The translations under genes were made by a program, and so were the position numbers. Under the pieces are notes generated by a model. That model saw nothing but the letters and a program-made list of their open reading frames with translations, did no database searches and had not been told where the DNA came from. A stretch of 62,195 nucleotides of DNA, the filler included. It is 8 parts of 8 records of this genome, joined end to end, with 100 filler letters (N's around TTAATTAATTAA, not from the genome) between each part and the next. Parts side by side here need not be neighbours in the genome. Positions count along the whole stretch, not along the records: positions 1 to 14,310 come from SRR31147125_5034; 7 more parts are not named here. The stretch is one strand, 5' to 3'. Positions 1 to 11,800 of the stretch are shown piece by piece (the first letter of the stretch is position 1; every line of letters starts with the position of its first letter).

Positions 1-1
1 T

Positions 2-1081
2 TTTTCTACACAACTCGCTAAAGTAAATTCCTGATAAATTGTTCTTCCAAACTTCTGAATTTAAATTTTTCATTAAGTATGAATAGACTTCATGATAGTA
101 ATCTTCGTTAGGTTCATCGAATAAAAATCGTTGTGTGATCCTTAAAAATTCATCAGTTTTTAGTCTGTCGCTCCATGTATTTAAATTATAATTAATAGCT
201 TTTGTGTATAAGCCAATATCTTCGATTGTTTCAAAGTTATTTCCCTGAAGCGACAAAGACAATGAAGAATAAATTATTGGAATCATACTTTTTTCGGGTG
301 ATAGAAAATATGCTTTTTCTGCTGATAATAAAGTGGTTTTGTGATTTTCTTTCGAGTAAAAATTAAAATATTCGATGGAGATTAACTCTTTTATGCTTTT
401 ATCATCATCGTTAAAAAAGTACTTGTTAAATAGTTCTTTCGCGGAAAATTCATTTAATTCTCTTTCAGAAATTATATTCTCCTCATATAAGTTTTTTACA
501 TATCTATCTTTCAAAGCATGATTAAAAAGAATATATCCGTTCGGATCTGTAGTTTCAACTTTAACAGGGAATTTGCTCCCAGGCATGGCTATCAGATAAA
601 CATGTTCTGGTAATCTTTTTATTTTAAAAGGTATTTGGTGTTTGTCAAATATGAGGGCAAATAATATTGATGAAGAAACACAATTGTAAAAACCGCTATC
701 CAATAATTCAACAAATGTTGAGGTAGAAGAATACTTTTCTAAATATGTATCATGAATAACTTCGTATAAATATTTATTGAAGGTTTTTGGTTTATCCTGA
801 TTTATTTTGTTGAAAAGGATTTTCTCATGCGATTTAAGGTATGAATTATATAGTTTTTCTGCTTTTTCATTTGTCATATTTTTATCCTGGGCAAGGGCAA
901 GAAAAAATAGACTCTTCGTACTTGAATCATTCTGAAGTTTAAAGAAACATTCTTTCTCATATTCACTATGAAATGTTAAATCATCAATTGAGATTTCTAT
1001 TGATTGAGCATGTATGCTTTGAAAACAGAGCAGCAGGGAAATAAGTAGGATGAAGTGATTGCTGATTTTTTTAATATTCAT
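2..1081 (-). CDS. Secreted transglutaminase-like/TPR-type protein, 3' truncated by window edge; absent from the ORF track
   Basis: Manual translation of most of the ORF from ATG 1081: signal peptide MNIKKISNHFILLISLLLCFQSIHAQ, then YNCVSSSILFALIF...IPFKIKRLPEHVYL (Cys/His transglutaminase-like core); no stop seen in the part translated. Confidence 0.6.
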   Translation of the reverse strand, partial: MNIKKISNHFILLISLLLCFQSIHAQSIEISIDDLTFHSEYEKECFFKLQNDSSTKSLFFLALAQDKNMTNEKAEKLYNSYLKSHEKILFNKINQDKPKTFNKYLYEVIHDTYLEKYSSTSTFVELLDSGFYNCVSSSILFALIFDKHQIPFKIKRLPEHVYLIAMPGSKFPVKVETTDPNGYILFNHALKDRYVKNLYEENIISERELNEFSAKELFNKYFFNDDDKSIKELISIEYFNFYSKENHKTTLLSAEKAYFLSPEKSMIPIIYSSLSLSLQGNNFETIEDIGLYTKAINYNLNTWSDRLKTDEFLRITQRFLFDEPNEDYYHEVYSYLMKNLNSEVWKNNLSGIYFSELCRK

Positions 1082-1089
1082 ACACAATA

Positions 1090-1578
1090 TTATTGCTGCT
1101 TGACAAATATTTGTGTACAATAATATGAATTTGACTCGTTAACTGCAATCCCGATTCCTGTAAGATTATAATCACCTTCTATGTTTTCTTTGTGTCCCAT
1201 TGTGCTTGATAACCAAGAATCGACAAATGTTTTGGCATCTTTTGGACCAAAAGCAATATTTTCTGCGACAGCATTTGCACCTGCAAATTCAACATATATT
1301 CTGTCTGATCTGTCGTAAAATCCATCGTGTCCAAATGGTATGTTACCAGATGCCATATTTTCACTGTGGTTTTTTGCTTCTTTCCACAAAAATTCATTGA
1401 TATCTAATTCAGAAAGGCCGTTCTCTGTTCTATGCAAGTTTATTATTGAGAAAATTTCTTTTTCTAAAGGGCTATAGGTTTCTGTTTCTAATTCGTTAAT
1501 TGGTTCAGCGTCTTTTGAACAGGATAACGAAAAAAATACGAATGAAAATATAAATATTAAAGGAGATAGTTTTTGCAT
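1090..1578 (-). CDS. CAP/SCP-domain lipoprotein
   Basis: Lipobox SLSC; motifs INLHR, HSENMA, GHDGF, AENIA, W..S..GHKENI. Confidence 0.85.
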   Translation of the reverse strand: MQKLSPLIFIFSFVFFSLSCSKDAEPINELETETYSPLEKEIFSIINLHRTENGLSELDINEFLWKEAKNHSENMASGNIPFGHDGFYDRSDRIYVEFAGANAVAENIAFGPKDAKTFVDSWLSSTMGHKENIEGDYNLTGIGIAVNESNSYYCTQIFVKQQ

Positions 1579-1580
1579 TA

Positions 1581-1928
1581 CTACTCTATCAGGCAATCAA
1601 GCTCCTCGGGTGGTTGTGCAATAACAGCTTTATATTTTCCTACTACAATGGGTCTTTGGATCAATTTGGGATTTTCAAGTAAGATTTTTATCCACTCATC
1701 ATCCGTAAACTTTTTGCCTTTTAATTCTTTTTTGTAAACCTCTTCTTGTGTCCTCACAATTTCAGAAGGTTTTTTATTGAGTTTCATTAAAATGTCCCGA
1801 AGTTCTTCTTCTGTTATAGATGTTTTAAGGTATTCAATAACTTCGAAGTCTTCGGTTTTAGCGCCAAGATATTCCAATCCGGCCCTGCTTTTTCTACATC
1901 TTGAGTTGTGATAAATTTTTATAGCCAT
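1581..1928 (-). CDS. ArsC/Spx-family arsenate reductase-like protein
   Basis: IYHNSRCRKSR and NPKLIQRPIV motifs. Confidence 0.85.
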   Translation of the reverse strand: MAIKIYHNSRCRKSRAGLEYLGAKTEDFEVIEYLKTSITEEELRDILMKLNKKPSEIVRTQEEVYKKELKGKKFTDDEWIKILLENPKLIQRPIVVGKYKAVIAQPPEELDCLIE

Positions 1929-2022
1929 GTCGATTTATGTTAAGTGGGAAGTAGGAAGCAGGAAGTTGAAAGCCGGATGTAGCGAATTTACTTCCTTCTT
2001 CCATCTTCCAACACCCAACTCC

Positions 2023-3112
2023 TTATCCCTTTCCAAATTGCATTAAATAAGCTTTTATAAAATCGTCTATTTCACCATCCATTACTGCTTGCACATTGCC
2101 AGTTTCATGACTGGTGCGGATGTCTTTAACCAATTTGTACGGGTGCATAACGTAATTTCGAATTTGCGATCCCCATTCGATTTTCATTTTGCTACCCTCT
2201 ATTTCGGCTTGCTTTTCTTTTTTCTTGCGAAGCTCCATTTCGTAGAGGTGCGATTTCAAGATACGAAGCGCATTTTCCCTGTTTTTCAATTGAGAACGGG
2301 TTTCTGTATTGTCAACCGTAATACCTGTTGGCAAGTGCCTTACACGTACACCTGTTTCTACTTTGTTTACATTCTGGCCACCGGCACCACCAGAACGGAA
2401 AGTGTCCCATTCAATGTCAGCAGGATTTATAACAATTTCAATGTTTTCATCAACAACAGGAGAAACAAAAACTGAAGCAAAACTTGTATGGCGTCGTGCA
2501 TTGGAATCAAACGGCGAGATTCGCACCAGGCGGTGGACACCATTCTCACTTTTCAAATATCCGTATGCAAATTCACCTTCAATCTGTAAGGTAACAGACT
2601 TTACACCGGCTTCTTCACCAGCAAGATACGAAAGCTCTTTTACTTTATAGTTGTTCCGCTCGGCCCAGCGAATGTACATGCGCATGAGCATTTCTGTCCA
2701 GTCCATGCTTTCCGTGCCACCAGCACCTGAGTTTATTTTTAAGATTGCACCTAATGCATCTTCCTCTTCGCCAAGCATGTTCTTTAATTCAAGCTCTTCA
2801 ACCTGTTTTAAAGTTTTATTGTATTGGTTGTCAACTTCTTCTTCGGTAGCCTCGCCTTCTTCTTTGAAATCAAAAAGTACCTGTAAATCTTCAATTGATG
2901 TACTTACTTTTTCAAACGTTTCAATCCAGAATTTTATGGAAGCAACTTTTTTAAGCTGTTGTTCTGCTTTTTTTGGATCGTCCCAAAAATCGGGAGCTTG
3001 TGTCTTTTGCTCTTCTTCTTCTAACTGTATTTTCTTGTTATCGACGTCAAAGATGCCTCCTTAACGCATCCCGGCGCCCTTCAAGGTCTTTCAACTGATC
3101 TCTAATAATCAT
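2023..3112 (-). CDS. prfB: Peptide chain release factor 2 with programmed +1 frameshift
   Basis: SPF and GGQ motifs; first frame ATG 3112 [21 protein letters not shown] ends at CTT TGA C (3052-3046), with internal SD AGGAGG (3061-3056). Confidence 0.97.
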
Positions 3113-3162
3113 ATCCTATCAAAAATTATTTGGGTGGCAAAGGTAAAAAATATTAGGTATTA

Positions 3163-3627
3163 CTAAATGTTTTTAACGCTATCATACGCTTTTAGAATAA
3201 GGTCAAGCTCGAAACCTTTTGATTGAAAATTTCTTATAATTTTTGATTTGTTAATATCAGTTTTTTGATTACTAATCTTCTTTCGGATTTCAATTTCGAG
3301 ATGCTCTACATAAATTTTAGAATCTATTTCTTGCATGCCATGTTGTATTACAGTGTCGCTAATACCTTTTGCTCGCAAGTGATACCCGATTTTTATCTTA
3401 CCCCATTTATTAAATCTGAACTTATCTCTTACAAAGGCTCTTGCATAGCGTTCTTCATCAATAAATTTTTCGTTGATGAGTTCATCTAAAATTTTTGATA
3501 TTTCTTCTTCACTGAGTTCATACCTTTTTAGTTTTTGTTTTATGTCAAAGCAACAAACCTCACGCTTGGCACAATAATTTTGCATGGAAGTTAATGCGGT
3601 TCTAATTTTATGTGTTAGGTTACTCAT
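3163..3627 (-). CDS. recX: Regulatory protein RecX
   Basis: YCAKRE...FIDEERYARAFVRDKFRFNKWGKIKI...KGI pattern. Confidence 0.9.
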   Translation of the reverse strand: MSNLTHKIRTALTSMQNYCAKREVCCFDIKQKLKRYELSEEEISKILDELINEKFIDEERYARAFVRDKFRFNKWGKIKIGYHLRAKGISDTVIQHGMQEIDSKIYVEHLEIEIRKKISNQKTDINKSKIIRNFQSKGFELDLILKAYDSVKNI

Positions 3628-3677
3628 TTGTTGGTAAAAACTATTTGCTAATGATATTATTTGTGTGAAAATAAAAA

Positions 3678-3702
3678 AACTGCTGGCGTTAAACCAGCAG
3701 TT
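3678..3702 (-). terminator. Probable intrinsic terminator after the GH38 gene
   Basis: AACTGCTGG-cgttaaa-CCAGCAGTT hairpin with an adjacent A-run (U-tract on the minus strand). Confidence 0.6.
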
Positions 3703-3742
3703 AACCTAAAAATAAACCTGACTACTAACTATATTTTTCTAA

Positions 3743-6700
3743 TTAATTATCATTGGTAAGAACAATTTCCTTCCCATATCCAAAATCATCATATAAAGGC
3801 TGTAACGATTTAATATTTGCATCATCGTTTACAACAGTTATAGCAAATATGCATATGTCTTCATTATCAGGAAGTTTAATTGTTTTTGCATTTTGAGGCA
3901 CATCAATTTTGTATTTAAAAATATAGCAATAACTATATGCATCATTTTTTGATGGATATGCCAAATGTCTGTGAGATGCAAACCATGCAATATTATCTTT
4001 TTTCAGATAAGGAGTATCTATACTGGTAACGGTAATATTATCCAAGGCAAACCTCCTGTTATAATACTGGCCAATATATCCGTTCCAGTCCTGGATGTTC
4101 TTTTCAATATGCGTATCGCCAATAACAAATTCACCTTTTGTATCTTTTCTGGCTGATGCCAGAATATAAAGCGAAGTATAATCACCTTCTGGTAGAATTA
4201 TTTCCTGTCCTTTGCAGTTTACGGCATTGTCTATACCATCATCGGTATTTCCCATTTTAAAATGGATGCTTTCACTCTTCAGTTCACCAGGAATTAATTC
4301 AGCAGGCATACTGGTTTTTCCATCCAGTCGGCCATCATCTCTGTTGTTGTCAAAACTAAATGCGTCAATGTTGTAGGGTAGGGTAACGGCAACCTGTTTT
4401 TGTTTTTCTAAATTATTATTTGTTGATTTAAATTTTACTGCAAATGTTTTTATGGTGTAATGTGTTAAATTAAAATTGAGATTTTTATCAGAGAATATAG
4501 CTCCTCCGATTTTCTTTTCCTGTCCATTAACTTCATAGGCGTCTTCAATTTGTGCCGGGAATTTAATTCTAATATTATTAGCATCTTTTCCTAATAATTC
4601 ATTGACCCTCACAATATAGTAATCGCTGTCTTCCATTTTTTTGAAAGCCATTAATCCTACTTGCGGGGTGTTGATATCCAATAAAGAAATTGACTTACCT
4701 AAATCGCCTTTATGCTTTGGGATTTCAAAAGCCATAATGGGTTGGTTCATAAATTTACCCTGCCATGGGCTAAGACCTTTACGCCAATCTCCTTTATGTG
4801 AGTATATCCCATACTTAAATGAGTGGATACCCCAATCTTGTGATCCTTGAACAACGTAGCGTTTGTCTGGCTTTGGTGTGAAGAGCAGGGTTAATCTCAA
4901 TGCATTCACATCGGGTTTGTCTGAGCCATATTTACAATCCTCCAATATGGATACCCCAAATTTTGATGACTGATCAGTTTGATCAAACCAATATTTTGAA
5001 GGAACCTCGAATTGTTTTTCGTTATTTATTCCACGTTGAACCGTACCCACACCTAAATTATAGGTAGCCTTACTGTTTGTGGCAGTCAACGGAAATGCAG
5101 CTTTTAAACTAACACCTTTTGAACGCCAGTCAACAACATTGTCGATTTCGAGACGCTTACCTGCTTCGCCAGTAGATAAACTTAAAATCTGTTTTATTTC
5201 TGAACCTAGGCCTTTTCGATTTACTTCAAGTGCGATGCGGACGGGGCCATTTTCAACAATACGGAATGTTGCATCGTTATCCAGAAAATCGAAAGGAGGT
5301 TTTTGTCGTTCCTCCCAATGCATGTTCCAGGCAGGCCATTTAAAAGACTCTTCAGTTTGGAATTCAAGGCGTGCAGGTTTTGATAATAGTTCCTGTTTAT
5401 TCTTTTTATCTATAATACTGGTGATATCCCCATTATTGCCTAATGTAACTTTGTAAAATTTGTTTTCCAATGTTCTTTCGGTAATCTTTAATGCAGAGTT
5501 GTTCTGCGTTTTTTCTTTATTTTCTCTTACTTCATAAACAGCAAGGCCAATAGAAGGCACTTTAGCATTAAATATAAAGGTTACTGTATTTCCTTTCTTC
5601 TCAATAATTTGGCATGGAACAACTTTTCCTTCCGGATTAATAACACTTATGTTTTTCGGCAATTCATCGTATTGTAATTGAGCTGCTACAATATCTTCCC
5701 TATCGATGGCAACCGGATTATATAAAACAATTGCCCTCCCTACAACATCAGAATCTAATTTTTTTGATATGGTAGCAACAGAATTTTTTAATACTTCGGA
5801 AAAACTGTTTGCTGCAATAAATTCATCGTTCCATGCATATTCATAGGCTTTGGGAATACTTGTTCCTGGCAATATATCATGAAACTGGTTTCCTAGCACA
5901 AGTTCCCATGCATTATTAATTTTTGAATAAGGATATTCTGAAAGACCATAAAAATCAGCAATAGATGCAACTTGTTCAGCCGATTTTGCCAGCATTTCAT
6001 TTTTCCTGTTCATCTTTTTCATAAATGCTTGCGATGTTAATGATCCAGCACTATGTTCAATTAATAGCATATCGCCTGTATAAGAAGGTAGTTTTTCCTG
6101 AGTTTCTGGTGTTATGTCTTTAAACATTTGATCAGAAGACGTAAGAACAACCTTAAATTTACTATCGTCATTATTTAAACTTCCAACTACATTTTTAACA
6201 TCTCTTTCCCGGGGGGCACCACCTTTGTCACCAACTCCGTAATAACGGTAATCAAATGCATAACCCGTGTTCTCTCGATCTTTTATTAACCTGTTATTCC
6301 AGCTATCACTTATGTCTAAGCGAGGTGGTATTCCGCTAACGTAACTTGTTGCATTCAATGCTGCCAATACTCCTTTCCCATCAGGACCATACCAGGTTCC
6401 TACATTAAAAGGGACACCAACCGCTGATCTCCAGGTTAATTTTTGTGTTGAAAATCCTAACAAACCGCAATGGCTCCAGATAGAGGGCATGTTTGCTAAG
6501 AAACCAAAACAATCAGGGAGCATATAATCATAGCTTTCTACCCCAAACTCTTTTCGGAAATAACTATTGCCATAAAGTACTTGCCTGATGAGCGATTCTG
6601 AGGAAGACACATTGACTTCACCTTCATCAACAGATGAACCAGATACATACCACCTACCCTGATGGATATATTGTTTTACTTTTTCATAAAGTTCAGGGTA

Positions 6701-6988
6701 ATATTCTTTCATCATGTGATAACGGCGAGAACCGGTAAAGTTGAAAACATATTCCGGGTATTTCTCAAACAAATGAAAATTCTCCACCATAATATTTTTC
6801 AGAAACTCATCAATTGTTGTTGTATAATCCCAATTCCATTCTGTGTCAAGGTGAGAATATCCGATGGTGTACAATACCTTATCGCTCGCAATGTTATAAT
6901 TGTGGCGTTTTTCTATAGGTTGAGAAAAAATGTTTGAGCCAACAAAAATTCCAACTATAATTAGAAGGCATATTTTAAATTTAATCAT
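3743..6988 (-). CDS. Alpha-mannosidase, glycoside hydrolase family 38
   Basis: Signal peptide; SHLDTEWNW, LPDCFG, QFHDILPGTSI GH38 motifs. Confidence 0.92.
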   Translation of the reverse strand: MIKFKICLLIIVGIFVGSNIFSQPIEKRHNYNIASDKVLYTIGYSHLDTEWNWDYTTTIDEFLKNIMVENFHLFEKYPEYVFNFTGSRRYHMMKEYYPELYEKVKQYIHQGRWYVSGSSVDEGEVNVSSSESLIRQVLYGNSYFRKEFGVESYDYMLPDCFGFLANMPSIWSHCGLLGFSTQKLTWRSAVGVPFNVGTWYGPDGKGVLAALNATSYVSGIPPRLDISDSWNNRLIKDRENTGYAFDYRYYGVGDKGGAPRERDVKNVVGSLNNDDSKFKVVLTSSDQMFKDITPETQEKLPSYTGDMLLIEHSAGSLTSQAFMKKMNRKNEMLAKSAEQVASIADFYGLSEYPYSKINNAWELVLGNQFHDILPGTSIPKAYEYAWNDEFIAANSFSEVLKNSVATISKKLDSDVVGRAIVLYNPVAIDREDIVAAQLQYDELPKNISVINPEGKVVPCQIIEKKGNTVTFIFNAKVPSIGLAVYEVRENKEKTQNNSALKITERTLENKFYKVTLGNNGDITSIIDKKNKQELLSKPARLEFQTEESFKWPAWNMHWEERQKPPFDFLDNDATFRIVENGPVRIALEVNRKGLGSEIKQILSLSTGEAGKRLEIDNVVDWRSKGVSLKAAFPLTATNSKATYNLGVGTVQRGINNEKQFEVPSKYWFDQTDQSSKFGVSILEDCKYGSDKPDVNALRLTLLFTPKPDKRYVVQGSQDWGIHSFKYGIYSHKGDWRKGLSPWQGKFMNQPIMAFEIPKHKGDLGKSISLLDINTPQVGLMAFKKMEDSDYYIVRVNELLGKDANNIRIKFPAQIEDAYEVNGQEKKIGGAIFSDKNLNFNLTHYTIKTFAVKFKSTNNNLEKQKQVAVTLPYNIDAFSFDNNRDDGRLDGKTSMPAELIPGELKSESIHFKMGNTDDGIDNAVNCKGQEIILPEGDYTSLYILASARKDTKGEFVIGDTHIEKNIQDWNGYIGQYYNRRFALDNITVTSIDTPYLKKDNIAWFASHRHLAYPSKNDAYSYCYIFKYKIDVPQNAKTIKLPDNEDICIFAITVVNDDANIKSLQPLYDDFGYGKEIVLTNDN

Positions 6989-7122
6989 AAAACAATGTTT
7001 AGTAAACCAATAATGTTTGGCTTAATAAGTTAAAATTCTTAGAAATAATCTAATGATGAAAGGGTTTAATTACCCTTTCAACACATTAGATAATTGAATT
7101 ATTAATGATAATCTAAATTAGT

Positions 7123-8829
7123 TTATTCGCTATACCCTGGGTTCTGTTCTAATACAGCACCTGTGTTAAGGTCAATTTCTGTTTGAGGTATTGGCCACAA
7201 GTTTTGGTGGTCCAGAATCTCAAGACCAGGGTTACTTGGATTATTATTATACTGTCGAACGCGTTCAACAAGTTTACCTAAACGCATTAGGGTGATCATC
7301 CTCCATTCTTCCGTATAAAGTTCCCTTGCTCTTTCATCCAAAATATAATCTATGGTAACATCGCTAGCATTAATTGGAGCGGCATTTGAACGCTCTCTTA
7401 CAGTATTTATATCATCGGCAGCTTTTCCGGTTTCACCTAACCCGAGATACCCTTCTGCTCTTAGCAGGTATGTCTCAGCCAATCGCATTGCATAAAGATC
7501 TTTATGATTAACTCCGCCACCAGATCTTGATATATCGGTATAATGAATCAGTGGTGAGGCTGCTTTCATAAAATACGGAAATATATATTGGCAGGTATCT
7601 TTTAACGGACTGCTTCTTTCTCCGTTATACAAACTCCAGTCTATTTTCATGCCATGATATTCAGACTCAGGATTGTTGAAATAAAAATTTCTTTTGATAC
7701 AAGCTTCTGCGTTTCTCAAATCGTTATCCCAATCACTACTCCAAACATCATAAGCCATATAATTAGTGGGGCGGGTCCATGCTACTGGCCTACCTAAGGT
7801 ATCGCTATATCCGGTATACGATCCATCCTTAAGTTCACCAAGAAATGCCTTAAAACCATCCGGAGTATTACCCATTCTGTAATATGCAGGGCCAAAACCT
7901 CTTTCTCCTGCATAAAATCCGCCTCCAATTACATCCGGATCATTTTGAATGACCCAAATAGCCTCTGTATTGGTATTCAAATTATGATTTTCAATTACAA
8001 ACAAATCAGAGAATACGTTCTCACTTTCAAAAATACCTAGCTGCGAACCGAAACGCTCAGTCATTAAAGCATAACCATAGTCATCAATTACATGAGTAGC
8101 GGCACTAACGGCTAATTGGAATTCTTCTTGCGCCAGATAAATTTCACTTAATAAATGCCATGCAGCCCCTTGGGTAAACCTTCCAGCGGCAACTTCTTCC
8201 CCTTTCTTTGGTAAATAGCTTGCTGCAAAATTTAAATCTTCAACGATTAGTGCATAAACATCCGCTTTCGGAGCTCTTATAAAATCTGTTTTTGGTGATG
8301 TTACTGGTTCAGTTAAAAGTGGAACATTTCCATATAAGGTTACCAATATCCTATAACCAAATGCCCTTACAAATTTAACTTCGGCTATATATGAATTTTT
8401 CTCGTCCGCATCAGTCCATTCTACATTATCAATGCCAGCTAAAACTGTATTAGCCTGGTATACGAGATCAAAAGCTTTAGTCCAAAACCTATTTGGCAAA
8501 TCACCAGTAGGAACAATCTCAACATCCCAATTAGACAACATTCCACCACCTGGATCCTCTCCAAAAAATGCAACGTCTGTACCCAAGGCAACATAGGTAA
8601 ACATCCACTTCTGGTTAATTGCAGAATACCAATCGCGAGTTAAACTATAAAGGCCTATTACTCCAACTTCAACATCCTGTGGAGAATTAAATGCATTTGA
8701 TGCAGCGATAAAATCTAATGGAACTTCCTCTAATACATCCTCATTACAAGAAGAAAAGAACAGGATAAATAATAGCATCCATAAAATACCTTCTCTTGTG
8801 ATTTTATTTATTGATTTATAATTTTTCAT
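7123..8829 (-). CDS. RagB/SusD family outer-membrane lipoprotein
   Basis: Lipobox FSSC; RLAETYLLRAE, ILDERARELYTE, PIPQTEID...QNPGY; follows SusC. Confidence 0.93.
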   Translation of the reverse strand: MKNYKSINKITREGILWMLLFILFFSSCNEDVLEEVPLDFIAASNAFNSPQDVEVGVIGLYSLTRDWYSAINQKWMFTYVALGTDVAFFGEDPGGGMLSNWDVEIVPTGDLPNRFWTKAFDLVYQANTVLAGIDNVEWTDADEKNSYIAEVKFVRAFGYRILVTLYGNVPLLTEPVTSPKTDFIRAPKADVYALIVEDLNFAASYLPKKGEEVAAGRFTQGAAWHLLSEIYLAQEEFQLAVSAATHVIDDYGYALMTERFGSQLGIFESENVFSDLFVIENHNLNTNTEAIWVIQNDPDVIGGGFYAGERGFGPAYYRMGNTPDGFKAFLGELKDGSYTGYSDTLGRPVAWTRPTNYMAYDVWSSDWDNDLRNAEACIKRNFYFNNPESEYHGMKIDWSLYNGERSSPLKDTCQYIFPYFMKAASPLIHYTDISRSGGGVNHKDLYAMRLAETYLLRAEGYLGLGETGKAADDINTVRERSNAAPINASDVTIDYILDERARELYTEEWRMITLMRLGKLVERVRQYNNNPSNPGLEILDHQNLWPIPQTEIDLNTGAVLEQNPGYSE

Positions 8830-8876
8830 ATTAATTTTTAATTTAAATGTTTGATGAGATTTATGTCTCGCCATAC

Positions 8877-11800
8877 TTAAAAACTTATGTTAACGCCACC
8901 AATAACACTTCGCATCATTGGAGAACCTGTTTCTGGATCCCAACCAGACCATTCTGTCCATGTATACAAATTTTTACCACTAACATAAATTTTCAGACTG
9001 TTAACTTTTAGTTTAGCCAACTGTTCTTTGTTAAATGTATATGCCAGTGAAATATCTTGCAAGCGTACATAGCTTTTATACTGATAAACTCCAGGATTTC
9101 TTAATGGATTGTAGTACATGCCGGGAGCATCGTTTACCGGATTTCCTGGTCTCCAATACGATCTTATTGCTGTTCTGTTTAACCTGTAGGCATAATCAGT
9201 TCCCCCAGCTACTACAGCACCTGTATTACCTGCCATATAATAACCATTGCCACCTTGTACGGAATTTATAAAGAAGCTAAGTGTTAAGTTTTTGTAAGCA
9301 AGGCTATTATTAATGCTAAAACGGTAATTAGCATCTGTTGAACCAATTATTTCCCTATCATCTTCCGATGTAATTTCGCCATCCCCGTTAAGATCTTTAA
9401 TTTTAAACTGTCCCGGATAATAACCTTCCATAATTGTACCGTTAAACAGATCTTCTTCCTGCCAAACTCCCATGTTCTGGTAACCATAAATTGCATAAAT
9501 AGATTCTCCAACAAACCAGCTATTACCAATATCTTCGGTAACATCATCATATAGTTTTGTTATTTCATTCCTAACCATGGAATAAGCAAAAGAAGTTCGC
9601 CAGCTAAAATTAGATGTTCGAATATTCTCAGTTGATAAACTAACCTCGATTCCGCGGTTTTCAATTCCACCAATATTAGTCCACACACTTGAGTTGCCAG
9701 ATGCCCTTGGTATTGATCTTTGAACCAGAACATCTGTAGTTTCTGCTTTATAAACATCTACACTTCCAGATATCCTATTGTCTAAGAATGCATAATCGAT
9801 ACCAGTATTAATAGAAGCTGTTTTTTCCCATCCCAAATCAGCATTTCCCAAAGAATATGAGTATATACCAATTTTTGTGAGTCCGTTAAAAACGGTACTA
9901 TTGGTACCCATTTTTGATTGGCTGGCATACCTTCCAATTCCCTGGTTTCCATTAATCCCGTATGATAAACGTAGTTTTAGGAAATCTAACCACTCTGAAT
10001 TTCCAAGGAAAGACTCTTCTGAAACTACCCAACCCAACGATACTGATGGGAAATTCGCAGTTTTTTTGTTTGCACCAAATCCGGAAAAACCATCTCTCCT
10101 AATTGTTGCAGTAAGCAAATAGCGGCTATCAAAACTATAGTTAACCCTACCCATATAAGAGATTGTATTTTCTTCATAAGCCCCGGTTGAAAATTCCTGG
10201 TTTTCGGCGCTCTCCATAGAATTATACCCCAGAATCTCATTTTCAAATCCGGTAGCTTCCATATAAGAACTTTCTCCGTAAAGATTTTCCCTGCTGAACA
10301 GATAGGTTAAATTTATTTTATGTCTGTTTGCGAACGTTTTGTCGTAAGTTAAGATGTTGTTTAGCAACCAATTTCTCTCTTCTGAATTGCTTTTTTCGCT
10401 AAGCCATCTACTTTTGAACCATCGGCAACGGAAGTTGGGAAATATCGGGAATATCTATCGAATGTATATGACTTTGAATAATTAATTTCATATTTTAACC
10501 CTTTTACCCATGGTACTTCTACTTTACCCTTTAAAACAAGATTGATAAAATCTTGAGGTGTGCTATCATCTACCAAAGTATGGCCAAGAGGATGGTAATT
10601 GTAAGATTCCCCTGCAACATATACAGGGTAATTATCGTTTTCGTCATATTTGTTTCCTAGAGGGCTTGCTTGAAGTGCGTAACCAACAACAGAACTTATT
10701 TTTGAATCACTATCATGTTCATTATGGGTGTATCCCGAATAGTCTCTATGCGAATAGGTAGGATCAAATTCGATAGACAACCAGTCTGCTATTTTATTTT
10801 CAAAACGCCCAAAAAACGATAATCTCTGAAATTTATCATTTACTACAATACCCTCCTGATCTGTGTATGATGTAGACAAATAATAATTCGTTCTTTTTGT
10901 TTTTCCAGAAACACTTAAGTTATAAGATTGGATTGGGGCAACCTGGAATACTTCATCAAGCCAGTCGATTTCATTTCCAGCGAGATAATTTTCTTGTTCT
11001 TCAGCGGTTCTAAGATATGTTGCCACTAGTTCTCTATCGGTAACATCTGGTCTTACCGGTCTTCCTTCAGCACTTGTCGGGTTTGTTTTGTACCAATCAT
11101 ACAAATCTTGCTGATAATAATAATCCACAAGTCGAACTACATACTGTTCTGCATCCATTATTTCTGTTCTATCTGTATTTGCAAGATTTTGAAGCCCATA
11201 ATATGCATTAAAGTTAAACTGAGGCTTTTCTGATTTCCCTTTTTTGGTAGTAATGGCAATAACCCCATTGGCAGATCTGGAACCATATACAGCCGCAGCA
11301 CTGGCATCTTTTAATATATCAATAGACTGAATATCATTCATGTTTAAATCAGCAGTACTACCATTATAGATTATACCATCGAGAACAATTAAAGGATAAT
11401 CACTGGCAGAAAAAGAGGTTCTCCCCCTTATTGAAAGGCCACCTGTTTCTCCAGCACTTGCGCTACCTGTAGCATTTAAACCAGGAACGTAACCTTGCAG
11501 TGCCTGAGAGAGATCTGTAATGGGTTTTAATTCTTTCCCTTCCATATCCATTCTTACAACAGAACCGGTTAAATCTTTCTTTTTCTGAGTACCGTAGCCA
11601 ATTACTACTACCTCTTCTAAGCTTTCAATTATTGGAACTAAAGCAATATCTATCGATAATCGGTTGTTTAATTCAATATATTCGGTATTATAACCAACAA
11701 ATGAATAAACCAAGATTGAATTTGTAGATGGGACATCAATGGTATATTTTCCATCAATATCAGTTATTGTACCTTCTGTTGTGCCTTCAATAACAATATT

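Noticed and set aside
2089-3064. Antisense and alternative-frame ORFs in the track (over prfB, and likewise over GH38, the ATPase, S1, malQ and others)
   Set aside because: Shadow ORFs of well-supported genes on the other strand or frame, with no independent motifs.
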